From assembly GCA_963675665.1 (NCBI GenBank), contig OY776510.1, positions 736,001-800,000 on the forward strand: 64,000 bases of DNA, read 5' to 3'. Numbering within the stretch: the stretch's first letter is position 1; each line of letters opens with the position of its first letter. The DNA is from Spirochaetia bacterium (lineage in GTDB: Bacteria > Spirochaetota > Spirochaetia > UBA9216). Below, one piece after another: positions 43,596-54,375 of the stretch. A program made the translations under genes and the position numbers. A model generated the notes under the pieces. The model made no database searches. It had not been told where the DNA came from and saw only the letters and a program-made list of their open reading frames with translations.

Positions 43596-44666
43596 CTATC
43601 TATTGTTATAATTTCTTTCCATCCACTTCAGATATTCACCGGATTTTACCTGCTCAATCCAGTCCCGGTTTTTAAGATACCATCTTACCGTTTCCCGAAG
43701 ACCGGAATCAAATGTATATGACTGCTTCCACCCAAGCTCTCTCTTAAGCCGTTCGCAGTTGATGGCGTATCGTCTGTCGTGTCCCGGACGATCTTTTACA
43801 AAATTAATCAGCTTCCTGTAGTATTCGCTGTTTTTACCATTTTCATCTGCCATTATCTCGCAAAGACGGTTAACAAGTTTGATATTTTCCCATTCGTTCT
43901 CACCGCCAATGTTATATGAACGTCCTGCCTCTCCGCTGTTAACAATTATCCAGACAGCGGAGTTGTGATCTTCCACATAAAGCCAGTCTCGGATATTTTT
44001 TCCGTCACCATATATTGGCAACGGTTTTTCTTCAAGCATATTCTCTATCATTACCGGTATCAGTTTCTCCGGAAACTGATACGGACCGTAATTATTTGAA
44101 CAGTTTGAAAGGGTTATTGGTAGCCCGTATGTATGAAAATATGCTCTTACAAGATGATCGGAAGCCGACTTCGCAGCAGAATACGGACTACGCGGATCAT
44201 AAGGGGTTTCTTCTGAAAAAGATCCTTCATCTCCAAGACTTCCGTAGACCTCGTCTGTTGATACGTGATGAAAGAGTTTTCCTTCATAATTATTCCAGAA
44301 TCCACGCACAGCTTCAAGAAGTGTAAATGTCCCATTTATATTAGTTGTTATAAATTCTTCCGGACCGGTTATCGAACGGTCTACGTGACTTTCAGCAGCA
44401 AGATGTATTACCGTATCAATATCGTATTTTATGAGAATATTATCAACAGCCTCGCGATCCCTGATATCCGCCTTCTCGAAAAAATAACGCTTCCCGCCGT
44501 ATTCTTTATCAATATCATTAAGGCTATAAGGATTGCCTGCATAAGTCAGGACATCGAGATTTATAATATTCCCGTTAAATCCGGTTTTTTCAAACAGATA
44601 TCTGACAAAGTTTGATCCGATAAATCCGGAGCCGCCTGTTATAAGGATATTGCTCAGTTTTCTCAT
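43596..44666 (-). CDS. rfbB: dTDP-glucose 4,6-dehydratase
   Basis: GGSGFIGSN, HLAAESHVDRSI, HVSTDEVYG, YSAAK and DRPGHDRRYA. Confidence 0.96.
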   Translation of the reverse strand: MRKLSNILITGGSGFIGSNFVRYLFEKTGFNGNIINLDVLTYAGNPYSLNDIDKEYGGKRYFFEKADIRDREAVDNILIKYDIDTVIHLAAESHVDRSITGPEEFITTNINGTFTLLEAVRGFWNNYEGKLFHHVSTDEVYGSLGDEGSFSEETPYDPRSPYSAAKSASDHLVRAYFHTYGLPITLSNCSNNYGPYQFPEKLIPVMIENMLEEKPLPIYGDGKNIRDWLYVEDHNSAVWIIVNSGEAGRSYNIGGENEWENIKLVNRLCEIMADENGKNSEYYRKLINFVKDRPGHDRRYAINCERLKRELGWKQSYTFDSGLRETVRWYLKNRDWIEQVKSGEYLKWMERNYNNR

Positions 44667-45892
44667 TTAGTTGAGACTCCTTGTATATTTTTTAATACAT
44701 TTTCCATTTGCTCTATTCTTAGTTCTTTCCTGAATACCCGTTCATAATATCTCTTCCCATTAATTCCCTTAATCTTCAATTCATCTTTATTCATTTTTAA
44801 AAAAGAGTTAATGCCTCTTTCTGTTTCTTTAATATTGCCGGCAGGGACCGCTATCCCACAGTCAGCATCTTTTATCAGATCAGCACCATCACCGTTTAAC
44901 ATTGCAAGAACAGGTTTACCCTGAGACATATAGAATTGGACCTTGGCAGGAACAGTCATATTAAAAATCTTTTCATCTTTTAAAGAAACAACAAGGACAT
45001 CGGCAATAGACATTAACTCCGGCATTGCTTCCAATGGAAACCTTCCCGGGAAAAAACAAGTCTCTTCCAGCCTTAAGGAAACAACCATCTCTTGAAGATG
45101 TCTTTTTTTTCTTCCGTCTCCAAGAAATACAAATTTAATATTTTGTCTGTCTTTAAATTTCATTGCAGCCGTTAAGAGACAATCAAGATTCTGTGCTTCT
45201 CCGATATTTCCTGCAAACATAAAAATAAAATCATTGTCATTTTTAGGAAACGGCTCTTTAGAAAAATTTTTAATGGGTTTAATATCCTCTGCCCAATTGG
45301 GAAAATACTCAATTTTTGACTCAAAATTACCTTTTTCACAAATGGACTTTTTAAATCCTTTTGAACCGACAAGGATTCGGTCACAGTGTGAATAAACCTT
45401 TTGAACCATTTTTTCCAAAGGATACAAAATTGCTTTTGATTTAATATTACCTGCCGATACGACAGACTCCGGCCATAAATCAAGTACCCAGAATATTAAT
45501 GGAATACTCTTTTTTTTCTTCAACCACACAGCAGGTAAACCAAGAAAGAACGGAGATGTCATATGAACAAGAACTGCATCATAATCCTTTTTTATAGAAT
45601 GAAATCTTATGTAAAAAGAAAGAGATACAAGATATGAAAAATAATTTAAGCCCAATTTTATTTTATTCCCTTTACCTCTGGGAATTCTTGGTATCCGAAC
45701 TATATTAACGCCATTTATAACTTCTCTATTCTTTTTAAATAGAGAATAACCATCATAATATTTTCCGTAAGGATAATCCGGAATAGCTGTCAGCACTGTT
45801 ATCTCATTTTCTTTTACGGCTAATTCAAAAGCAATATCGTTTATCTTGAAATCTTCCGGATAAAAATGATTTGTTATAATACAAATCTTCAC
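44663..45892 (-). CDS. GT4 glycosyltransferase, WbuB/Cap5L-like (probable L-FucNAc transferase)
   Basis: HFYPE, DLWPES, FAGNIGEAQNL and VPAKVQFYM; follows fnlABC; GTG start overlapping the upstream TAG. Confidence 0.82.
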   Translation of the reverse strand: MKICIITNHFYPEDFKINDIAFELAVKENEITVLTAIPDYPYGKYYDGYSLFKKNREVINGVNIVRIPRIPRGKGNKIKLGLNYFSYLVSLSFYIRFHSIKKDYDAVLVHMTSPFFLGLPAVWLKKKKSIPLIFWVLDLWPESVVSAGNIKSKAILYPLEKMVQKVYSHCDRILVGSKGFKKSICEKGNFESKIEYFPNWAEDIKPIKNFSKEPFPKNDNDFIFMFAGNIGEAQNLDCLLTAAMKFKDRQNIKFVFLGDGRKKRHLQEMVVSLRLEETCFFPGRFPLEAMPELMSIADVLVVSLKDEKIFNMTVPAKVQFYMSQGKPVLAMLNGDGADLIKDADCGIAVPAGNIKETERGINSFLKMNKDELKIKGINGKRYYERVFRKELRIEQMENVLKNIQGVSTK

Positions 45893-47025
45893 TAATACAA
45901 TCCCCAAACAACTCTTTTAATATAATCAGTATAACTGAGGATTATTCTCACTACTTTATCAGAGACATTCGGCATCGAATAATCTGATACTTTTCTATAG
46001 ACAGTTTTCGCTGTATTATCCTGTTCCAGAAGTTTTAAGCCCTGAAGAATTCGTTCAGGATTTAAACCTACCATCATTACAGAGGCTTCTTCCATGGCTT
46101 CCGGTCTTTCATGTGCTTCCCTGATATTTAATGCAGGAAAACCAAGAATCGACGACTCTTCAGATATAGTACCGCTATCGGATAAAACAGCGAAAGAATT
46201 CAACTGTAAGGCTATATAATCACTTAAACAGAAGGGTTTCTCAAGCCTGATTTTTTTATTGAACACAACATTTTTCTGTTCAATCATTTTACGGGTTCTT
46301 GGGTGTGTAGAAACGATAACTGGGAGATTGAACATATCTGCTATTTCATTCAAAACACTGCATATCCCATTAAAGTTCTTTTCGGAAGCAATATTTTCTT
46401 CTCTATGTGCGGAAACAACAAAATATTGCCCTTTTTCTAACTTAAGCTTTTCCAAAATCCTAGACTTTTTCACCTTCGGCATATACTCAGAAAGAACTTC
46501 AAACATGGGGCTTCCTGTTTTTATCACCCGGTCAGCACGTAGCCCTTCAGCAAGCAGGTATTCCCTGGCAATATCGCTATAAGTCAGGTTTATATCACTT
46601 ATATGATCCACAATCTTTCTGTTTGTTTCTTCAGGTACACGTTGATCAAAACAACGGTTTCCTGCTTCCATATGAAAAATTGGGATATGCCTTTTTTTTG
46701 CTGCTATTGCACATAAACAAGAATTTGTGTCGCCAAGAACCAGAAACGAGTCAGGTTCAACCTCAGAAAGGACTTTGTCTATTTTAACAAGAATATTCCC
46801 TGCCGTTTCAGTCGCATTACTGCCGGCCGCCTCCAGAAAATAATCCGGTTTCCTCAAGCCAAGATCATCGAAAAAAATCTGGTTCAACTCATAATCATAA
46901 TTTTGCCCTGTATGAACAAGAACATGTTCAACGGCAGAACAACTGTCTAGCTTTTTTAGTACACATGAAAGCCTTATTATTTCCGGTCTTGTTCCGACAA
47001 CAGTTAAAACCTTAAGCTTGTTCAT
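45892..47025 (-). CDS. fnlC: UDP-2-acetamido-2,6-dideoxy-L-talose 2-epimerase (FnlC/Cap5G/WbjD)
   Basis: VGTRPEIIRLS, HTGQNYDYEL, HMEAGNRCFDQRVPEETNR and SDSGTISEE. Confidence 0.9.
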   Translation of the reverse strand: MNKLKVLTVVGTRPEIIRLSCVLKKLDSCSAVEHVLVHTGQNYDYELNQIFFDDLGLRKPDYFLEAAGSNATETAGNILVKIDKVLSEVEPDSFLVLGDTNSCLCAIAAKKRHIPIFHMEAGNRCFDQRVPEETNRKIVDHISDINLTYSDIAREYLLAEGLRADRVIKTGSPMFEVLSEYMPKVKKSRILEKLKLEKGQYFVVSAHREENIASEKNFNGICSVLNEIADMFNLPVIVSTHPRTRKMIEQKNVVFNKKIRLEKPFCLSDYIALQLNSFAVLSDSGTISEESSILGFPALNIREAHERPEAMEEASVMMVGLNPERILQGLKLLEQDNTAKTVYRKVSDYSMPNVSDKVVRIILSYTDYIKRVVWGLY

Positions 47026-48137
47026 TCAACATCCTCATAATATGTATCCGGCTTTTCTTTATCAAAATACTCATTAGCCCACACAACCAGAATCATGTCA
47101 TTATCCCCGATATTGGTTATTTTATGCGTATATCCGGGAGGGATATCTACAACTTCCAGTTTTTTATCAGATACATTATATTCAATTATTTCATCATCCA
47201 GGATATTTCTAAATACAATTTTTGCTCTTCCTTTGATTACCAAAAATTTTTCGTTCTTTGTATCATGAAAATGATTTCCCCTGGTTATCCCCGGTCTTGA
47301 AGTTGAGATTGAAAATTGTCCGCTGCTTAAAGTTTTCACAATCTCAATAAAACTGCCCCGTTCATCTTCATGGGCCTTTAACGGATATGAAAAATCATCT
47401 TTAGATAAAAACGACAGATAAGTTGAATACAAAGCCCTGGCGAAGCCTATTCCGACATTATCTATCGTTAGCGAATTTCTCGATTCCTTGAATGAATATA
47501 ATAAATCTCTTACTTCACCTAATGTTACATCATAAATACAATCTACATTATAAAATGTTTTAAAATGTCTGATTTTTTCTTCTGTTAGATGTTTTACAAA
47601 ACAATTAACAACATCATCTATATAGACAAGAGAAATCTTCTTTCTCGGATCGTCAATCGATATATCTATATTATGAGTGATATTATATGCCCAGGTTGCT
47701 ATTACTGTATTATAGTTTGGTTTACTCCATTTACCAAAAACACCGGGCAATCTATATATATATACTGCTACGAAGTTTTTTATGCTATATTCTTCGATAA
47801 TTTTCTCAGCGGCTAATTTACTCCGGCCATATTCATTATTTAATTCAGCCTGAGTGGAGGATGTTATTAAAATCGGTATTTTTAGACCTTTATTTTCTAT
47901 TGCTCTAACAATACTTTGTGTTAAGTCGACATTATTCTTTTTGAAATCAGAATCATTTTTCGGTCTGTTTTCACCGGCAAGATGATAGATAAATGAAACG
48001 CCATCGAGAAGAGAATCCAACTCTTCTATTTTATTTTTTTTATCAAATTCAATAATCTCAAGTCCCGATTTTCTTTTTAACGTTTGTTTTAAATTCTTCC
48101 CGATAAAACCACTAGAACCTGTTATTAATATTTTCAT
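47022..48137 (-). CDS. fnlB: FnlB/Cap5F/WbjC reductase with C-terminal cupin
   Basis: GSSGFIGKNL, HLAGENRP, FGKWSKPNYN, DERGSF, RGNHFH and PPGYTH. Confidence 0.9.
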   Translation of the reverse strand: MKILITGSSGFIGKNLKQTLKRKSGLEIIEFDKKNKIEELDSLLDGVSFIYHLAGENRPKNDSDFKKNNVDLTQSIVRAIENKGLKIPILITSSTQAELNNEYGRSKLAAEKIIEEYSIKNFVAVYIYRLPGVFGKWSKPNYNTVIATWAYNITHNIDISIDDPRKKISLVYIDDVVNCFVKHLTEEKIRHFKTFYNVDCIYDVTLGEVRDLLYSFKESRNSLTIDNVGIGFARALYSTYLSFLSKDDFSYPLKAHEDERGSFIEIVKTLSSGQFSISTSRPGITRGNHFHDTKNEKFLVIKGRAKIVFRNILDDEIIEYNVSDKKLEVVDIPPGYTHKITNIGDNDMILVVWANEYFDKEKPDTYYEDVE

Positions 48138-48151
48138 TTCTAATCCTTTTC

Positions 48152-49147
48152 TTAAAATAATCTCAAATTGTCAATCATTTTCTTTAACTCTTCTATCTCA
48201 AGTTGTCTGGTATTGTCAGAGTTGTATTCTTTTGCCTCTGTTATTTCTATTTCACCCGCTTCATAATATTTTTTATAGTTTAAATCTCTAACATCAGCCG
48301 GAATTCTATAATAATTTCCCATATCAATAGCTCTGGCGCTTTCTTCCTTTGTCATAAGTACTTCATACTTTTTTTCACCGTGCCGGGTTCCAATAATATC
48401 TATCTTATAATCTGGTTTGTTTAACAACCATAGAATAGCTTCAACTAAAACACGAATTGTAGCCGCAGGTGATTTCTGTACAAAAAGATCTCCATTCTCT
48501 CCGTTTCTGAAAGCAAAAAGTACCAGATCTACGGCCTGCTCAAGTGTCATCATAAATCTGGTCATTTCAGGATCTGTTATTGTAACAGGATTTCCACTAT
48601 CAATCTGGTTTAAAAATAGCGGTATCACTGAACCCCGCGATGCCATTACATTACCATACCTGGTTACACATATTACAGTATTCTTTTCTTCCAGATTCCT
48701 ACTCTTCGAAACCGCAATTTTTTCCATCATCGCCTTTGAGATACCCATTGCATTAATTGGATAAGCAGCCTTGTCGGTACTCAAGCATACAACACGTTCT
48801 ACATTTTCACTAATTGCGGCATTAAGTACATTCTCTGTTCCAAGTATGTTCGTTTTTACCGCCTGCATCGGATAAAATTCACAAGAAGGTACCTGCTTAA
48901 GCGCCGCTGCATGAAATACATAATCAACATTTCTCATAGCATCTGTGATTGATTTTTCATCTCTCACATCGCCAATATAAAATTTTAATTTACTGTTATT
49001 ATGCTTTTTACGCATATCATCCTGTTTTTTCTCATCTCTTGAAAAGATTCTTATTTCTTTAATTCCGGTATCAATAAATCTATTCAGTACAGCATTCCCG
49101 AAAGAACCTGTTCCTCCTGTAATCATTAATACTTTATTTTCAAACAT
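48152..49147 (-). CDS. fnlA: UDP-GlcNAc 4,6-dehydratase/5-epimerase (FnlA/Cap5E/WbjB)
   Basis: TGGTGSFG, FSRDEKKQDDMR, HAAALKQVPSCEF and RYGNVMASRGSVIP. Confidence 0.92.
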   Translation of the reverse strand: MFENKVLMITGGTGSFGNAVLNRFIDTGIKEIRIFSRDEKKQDDMRKKHNNSKLKFYIGDVRDEKSITDAMRNVDYVFHAAALKQVPSCEFYPMQAVKTNILGTENVLNAAISENVERVVCLSTDKAAYPINAMGISKAMMEKIAVSKSRNLEEKNTVICVTRYGNVMASRGSVIPLFLNQIDSGNPVTITDPEMTRFMMTLEQAVDLVLFAFRNGENGDLFVQKSPAATIRVLVEAILWLLNKPDYKIDIIGTRHGEKKYEVLMTKEESARAIDMGNYYRIPADVRDLNYKKYYEAGEIEITEAKEYNSDNTRQLEIEELKKMIDNLRLF

Positions 49148-49150
49148 AAC

Positions 49151-50296
49151 TTAGCCTTCTTTATTTAAAACAATCTCTTCACATATTCTGATATATTTTT
49201 TAGCCCTTGATTCTGATGTTTCAAATTCCTTGACCCGTTCCAAACCTTTTCTTATTTTTTCATTTTGCAACTCTTTTGAATTTACTATTTTAAATATTTT
49301 TTCTACTGCATCACGCGGATCAAGCGGATTAAAATATATGGCGGCATCTTTGCATAAGTCTTTTGCAAATGAATATTCTGATGTCAGAATTGGTATTCTC
49401 ATTATCATCGCTTCAGGATAAGAGGCACTGAATGTCTCAAGCAGAGTTGGCGCAAACAATGCATCTGCCTGTTGATAGATTGACGGACATGCTTTTTGAT
49501 TGATTGGGCCAACATTTATTATCTTTTTTTCATATTGCCCAAAGATATTATTGTAACTCCTGTTATCTATTGTCAAAATAAACTTCACATTAACTTTATC
49601 TAGAAACGGCAATATTTTCTTAATTAAAATCAAGTTTTTATTAGGATGATTATGTGAGATGTAAACAAACCTAAATTCATTTTCCTCTCTTTCAGGTAAT
49701 TCAATAAAATTCTTATTATTTCTTTCTAGAAGCGTTTTATCACTAAAAACATCACTATGTGTATTTCCAACTACAAAAACTTTTGAAGAATTAATATCAA
49801 ATATCTTTATAAATTTATCTTTTGCATCATTTGTTTCAATAATAAAAAAAGCCGATTCCTTTTTAAGATGCGATATTTTATAAATGTTATAAAGTCTTCT
49901 TTTTACATTTTTAATAAAAGATAAACGTTTGTATGCGATTGAATTTTGATTATATACCCATCCGTCCGCAAATCCGGTAAGATGCACAGCTTTCGGCTTC
50001 CAGTAAGCTGGACCGAATACTGTAAAGACAATATCAGGATTTACAGCATTCTCAATCTCATTCAATTTCTTTATTATACGCATTCTGCTTTTCAGCGAGG
50101 CAGGGGACTTTTCAATAATATAAAAATCAACATTTTGTGGAAAACTGCAAACATCTAACTGATTCTCAATAACCGGTGAAAGAATTACAATGTATCTATA
50201 ATTATCTTTAAAATTTTTTATTTCGTTAATTAATGATAAAGCAACCTGAACCCCGCCACCCACATATAAATTTGATGTATTTATTAAAATATTCAA
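49151..50296 (-). CDS. GT4 glycosyltransferase
   Basis: GGGVQVA N-terminus; PTLLETFSASYPEAM. Confidence 0.85.
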   Translation of the reverse strand: MNILINTSNLYVGGGVQVALSLINEIKNFKDNYRYIVILSPVIENQLDVCSFPQNVDFYIIEKSPASLKSRMRIIKKLNEIENAVNPDIVFTVFGPAYWKPKAVHLTGFADGWVYNQNSIAYKRLSFIKNVKRRLYNIYKISHLKKESAFFIIETNDAKDKFIKIFDINSSKVFVVGNTHSDVFSDKTLLERNNKNFIELPEREENEFRFVYISHNHPNKNLILIKKILPFLDKVNVKFILTIDNRSYNNIFGQYEKKIINVGPINQKACPSIYQQADALFAPTLLETFSASYPEAMIMRIPILTSEYSFAKDLCKDAAIYFNPLDPRDAVEKIFKIVNSKELQNEKIRKGLERVKEFETSESRAKKYIRICEEIVLNKEG

Positions 50297-50320
50297 TTGC
50301 TCTTTCCCCTGTCGCTTTAA

Positions 50321-52063
50321 CTACAGAATTTCATATAAATATATTCCCCAATATGAGTCTTCGTGATCAAAATATTTCAAAAACTTTAAATCTATACTAT
50401 CAGAATTACCAATTTTAACAGTAGAAAAAATATATTTTCCACCCATTTCCTTTAAAGCAGTTGTATTAATATCAAAATGATTAATTACCCGATTTTCTTC
50501 TTTATTAATAAGATAGGAATCTATTTCTGATGAAAATAAATAGCACCTGTTACCCCATTCATCAAAATAAATTCTTAGATCCTCATTCTTGTTCAGTTCT
50601 CCTTCTATAATTTTCCTGAATTTGTCTTTATATTTTTTGGGGTATATATTCTGGTATGAATCTAATGAATAGAACCCGTTATATGTTGCAACTGAAGGAT
50701 GTAATCCTAAGCTTACGACTCTATAATCTTCCTTATCAATTCCTATATAATTATCTATATCAATAAAAAGTTCATCATCAAAAAACGTTTTATAAGATAT
50801 CTTAACATCTATTTTATTTAATCCAACATTTGTCAGATAAACAATGTTTTTAAGATACGTGATATTACCGATTGCAACAGTACAAAACTGAATTACAATC
50901 AGAAAATATGCAATCTTAATAAATCCCTTTTCCTTTATAGACATTAAACAGATTGCAAAAACAACCAACCATGCCACTGGCAATAAAAAATAGAATCTGT
51001 CAAATTGGAATGTTTTTATTATTTCAATTTTATTACCATATCTATTTACTATATAAGGATATATTAAGTACAGTACTAATATTGACAATATAGCTAAATA
51101 TAAGAATATAACTGTTTTAGCCCTATTTTTAATGAAAATGCTTTTTATTTTATACTTCTCAAAAAATTGACTGATAACAATTAAAAGAGATGTAATGATT
51201 ATAAAAATAGTATTTATATGTCCCGCATGTATTTGATTATAAATCAACATGTCAACAGTATCTTTAATTCGATCTGTAAGCGTAAAGGTAGGGATTTTCC
51301 AGTCTACACGATGTGAAATAAAATTGGCATCAAAAAAAGTAATTAAAAAAAGTTGATATTCGGATATAAGATATCCGGCACCAAAAATTATTAATCCTGA
51401 CAAAATATTTAATTTTAGCTTTTTATTCTTTATTGTATTTATAATTATATAGATCGTAAATATGACAATAATAAAAACTCCTGCAAGGACAAGAGACGAA
51501 TAGAAAGTAAATAATAATATTATAATATAATTATAAATATTATTTTTATCCTTTATAAGATTAATAATAGCAAAGTAAAGAAAGGGCTGCCCTGCTGTCG
51601 TTAAATCATATGCTGAATAGAATGGAATAAAACAAAATATTACAGATAGAAAAAAAGAAAGACTATTATTATCTCTGGATATATGCTTTGATAAAAACAA
51701 ATACATTCCACTAAATGCAATAATCTTGATCAATATATCATTTATCAAATACGCATTGAACGGGTTAAAAATTTTATATAGTATGAAGCTAACAGAAATT
51801 TTAGTGCCGAATGAAGTTACCGGCAAACCATTCATAACATTTTCAATTATTTGATTTCTATTCAAAATCCATCCGCTTCTTGCTAAAAGAACCTTATTAA
51901 CAAACACACCATCCAAATTATCATGTATACTGATGAAACAATTATCTTTAAGGATCATATATGGTATATAATAAATTAATAAAAGCAACAGCCCGGAGAA
52001 AAACCAATATTTATTAAAATATGTATCAATTATATTTTCTTTTGTTCTCATCTTTTTCACCAT
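50321..52063 (-). CDS. Polytopic membrane protein, DUF6044-like (probable GT-C sugar transferase)
   Basis: HDNLD luminal motif; about 10 TM; QFDRFYFLLP, YRVVSLGLHP and WGNRCY. Confidence 0.65.
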   Translation of the reverse strand: MVKKMRTKENIIDTYFNKYWFFSGLLLLLIYYIPYMILKDNCFISIHDNLDGVFVNKVLLARSGWILNRNQIIENVMNGLPVTSFGTKISVSFILYKIFNPFNAYLINDILIKIIAFSGMYLFLSKHISRDNNSLSFFLSVIFCFIPFYSAYDLTTAGQPFLYFAIINLIKDKNNIYNYIIILLFTFYSSLVLAGVFIIVIFTIYIIINTIKNKKLKLNILSGLIIFGAGYLISEYQLFLITFFDANFISHRVDWKIPTFTLTDRIKDTVDMLIYNQIHAGHINTIFIIITSLLIVISQFFEKYKIKSIFIKNRAKTVIFLYLAILSILVLYLIYPYIVNRYGNKIEIIKTFQFDRFYFLLPVAWLVVFAICLMSIKEKGFIKIAYFLIVIQFCTVAIGNITYLKNIVYLTNVGLNKIDVKISYKTFFDDELFIDIDNYIGIDKEDYRVVSLGLHPSVATYNGFYSLDSYQNIYPKKYKDKFRKIIEGELNKNEDLRIYFDEWGNRCYLFSSEIDSYLINKEENRVINHFDINTTALKEMGGKYIFSTVKIGNSDSIDLKFLKYFDHEDSYWGIYLYEIL

Positions 52064-52082
52064 CCAAGGACTTAAAATTGAT

Positions 52083-52421
52083 CTAAAAATTATAGATTAA
52101 AATGCCGCATACTATTACTGACAATCCAAAAATTCTTATCCTGTTAATTTTTTCTTTTAAAATTACCCTTGAGAATACAACTACAAAAATATAATTCATT
52201 GGAAGCAAGAGGATCATCACTTTTAACGGCAGGATTCTATATGCAAAAAGGTTAATTAATGTTACCGATACAAGAATAGCATACCCGGAAATAGTCCAGA
52301 TGTTGAATAAGGATCTTATTAGTGAATGCCTTATCTTTTTTTTTGCACCAATTTTAAGAGATATTTGACTTAAGGCTGTCATCAATACACCGACAAATGC
52401 AAGAATTTTATAATAAATCAT
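52083..52421 (-). CDS. Small EamA/SMR-like transporter (ArnE/F-type flippase subunit)
   Basis: 112 aa, 4 TM; SQISLK and ILKEKI...G. Confidence 0.72.
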   Translation of the reverse strand: MIYYKILAFVGVLMTALSQISLKIGAKKKIRHSLIRSLFNIWTISGYAILVSVTLINLFAYRILPLKVMILLLPMNYIFVVVFSRVILKEKINRIRIFGLSVIVCGILIYNF

Positions 52422-52793
52422 CTATTTATTATCCTTATATGATAAAGAATAGATAATTACCCCAATACCTATGGTAAAAACGCCAATTATATTATTTATA
52501 CTAACCGGTTCATTAAAAATCAAATAACTGCAAATTAAAAGAACTAAATATACAAGACTTAGAAAACAGTATGCAAATGATAATTCAAATTTTCTCAGGA
52601 CAACCTGCCAACAAAGAGCCTGAAAAATTAACGCTAAAAAAGATAAAAGATACCAGTAGTTGTGTACAATATTGTTAAAACTGTAATTATCAAGCCTTGT
52701 TGCAGCTATTTTTATTAAAACCAAAGATGCTGATTGAAAAAAAACCGATAAAACAATAAATAGAAAACTTATCCTGCTTTTAAGTTCTTCCAT
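52422..52793 (-). CDS. Small EamA/SMR-like transporter (ArnE/F-type flippase subunit)
   Basis: 123 aa, 4 TM; WQVVLRKFELSFAY...IFNEPVS. Confidence 0.78.
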   Translation of the reverse strand: MEELKSRISFLFIVLSVFFQSASLVLIKIAATRLDNYSFNNIVHNYWYLLSFLALIFQALCWQVVLRKFELSFAYCFLSLVYLVLLICSYLIFNEPVSINNIIGVFTIGIGVIIYSLSYKDNK

Positions 52794-53460
52794 AATAATA
52801 CCACAATCCTATTTTCTCCGGCAGGAATCCTTGTCTGATATAAAATTTTTGTGCTGAAAGATTTACTCCCTGTGTGGCAACAGAAATAATATCATATCCC
52901 ATTTTTTTCGCCCAAAATTTTGCATCCTCTATTAAAGCGGCAGCAAAACCATGCCCCTGATATTTTTTTAAAACACCTAATAAACCAATCTGTATTGTTC
53001 GATTCTTAATATATTTTAAAGTAATAAAACCGACTATTTTATTTCCATTTTTTTTAATTATGCATAAGTCATCAAATTGCCCAAGTATTGCATTCTCAAC
53101 CCATTTCGCATAAAAATTTTTATATTGGTTTGAACCAAAATAAGAATTATTATATCTGCTATAAATAAAAACCTCTTTTGCAATATCTATAATAATGTCG
53201 CAATCTTTTTCTGCGGCTATTACCGGTTCCCGTGTTCCGGTCTTATCAATATTCATTAAAAAATCTATTCTGGTATCAATATAATGAAAACCTATTCTTT
53301 CCAGTTTTAAAATATATCCGGTATTCTTTATATCACAACAACATTGAACAAGATCATACCTTTCCAAAATTTCTATAAACAGGTTTTTATCATCATCTTC
53401 ATCGATAGAACCTATTTCTTTTTTAAAGAATTGACTGTCCCATTCCAATTTTCTTATCAT
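52780..53460 (-). CDS. WecD-like dTDP-amino-sugar N-acetyltransferase (GNAT)
   Basis: LEWDSQFF, SRY, FYAKW, IGLLGV...QGHG and VATQGVNLSAQKFY. Confidence 0.85.
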   Translation of the reverse strand: MIRKLEWDSQFFKKEIGSIDEDDDKNLFIEILERYDLVQCCCDIKNTGYILKLERIGFHYIDTRIDFLMNIDKTGTREPVIAAEKDCDIIIDIAKEVFIYSRYNNSYFGSNQYKNFYAKWVENAILGQFDDLCIIKKNGNKIVGFITLKYIKNRTIQIGLLGVLKKYQGHGFAAALIEDAKFWAKKMGYDIISVATQGVNLSAQKFYIRQGFLPEKIGLWYYYGRT

Positions 53461-54368
53461 ATTTCTTCTTTAATTATATATTCCGGCCTGTCTTTAACAC
53501 TATCAAAAATTTTACCTACATATAAACCTACGATTCCGATTATAGCTATTATTATTCCACTTAAAAACCATAAAGAAATCATTAAACTTGCCCAACCCTG
53601 AACTACAATTCCGCCGAATATAGCCCTGAAGAAAAAAATCACGGCAACAATAGCAGCGCCAATTGAGATAAGCCCGCCAATTTTAATAGTTAATCTTAAC
53701 GGTTTATCAGAAAAAGAAACCATTACATTGAGTGCAAGTTTCAGTGAACTATAAAAATTATAACTGGATTTCCCGAATGATCGTTTTGATGGTGTTATAT
53801 CAACAGTAGTACTGTTAAAACCTATCCACTTTACCATCGATGGGAAATATTTATTTTTGTCACCCATCGATAATATCGAATCAACAGCTTGCCGTGAATA
53901 TATTCCGTAATTTCCAACAGATGCATCTTGCTTTGTTTCAGTCAGATAACTCAATACCGCATAAAACATTTTTGAGAATATTTTTTTTATAAAACGATCT
54001 TTCCTGTTGATCCGTCTTGCCTGAACAATATCATAACCTTTTTTCGCTATTACATAAAGTTTTTCTATTTCATCAGGATTATCCTGTAAATCTCCATCCA
54101 TAACAACTATAAAACTACCTGTTGTTCTTTTAAGACCCGCAATAATTGCATTATGTTGTCCAAAGTTTCTGGAAAAATTTATACCATGTACTTTATTATT
54201 TTCAACTGCAATCGATTTTATTACTTCCCAATCTTTTTCAGGGCTGCAGTCATTTATAAAAATAATTTCATAATCTTCACCAATCTTTTTAAAAACATTA
54301 TCAAGCTGTATTGATAACTCTTTTAAAGATAAAGAAGTATTATAACATGGTATTACTACTGATATCAT
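53457..54368 (-). CDS. GtrB/ArnC-type undecaprenyl-phosphate glycosyltransferase (GT2)
   Basis: ISVVIPCYN, FSRNFGQHNA, MDGDLQD, two C-terminal TMs and RPEYII; start reassigned to ATG 54368. Confidence 0.9.
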   Translation of the reverse strand: MISVVIPCYNTSLSLKELSIQLDNVFKKIGEDYEIIFINDCSPEKDWEVIKSIAVENNKVHGINFSRNFGQHNAIIAGLKRTTGSFIVVMDGDLQDNPDEIEKLYVIAKKGYDIVQARRINRKDRFIKKIFSKMFYAVLSYLTETKQDASVGNYGIYSRQAVDSILSMGDKNKYFPSMVKWIGFNSTTVDITPSKRSFGKSSYNFYSSLKLALNVMVSFSDKPLRLTIKIGGLISIGAAIVAVIFFFRAIFGGIVVQGWASLMISLWFLSGIIIAIIGIVGLYVGKIFDSVKDRPEYIIKEEI

Positions 54369-54375
54369 TAATATC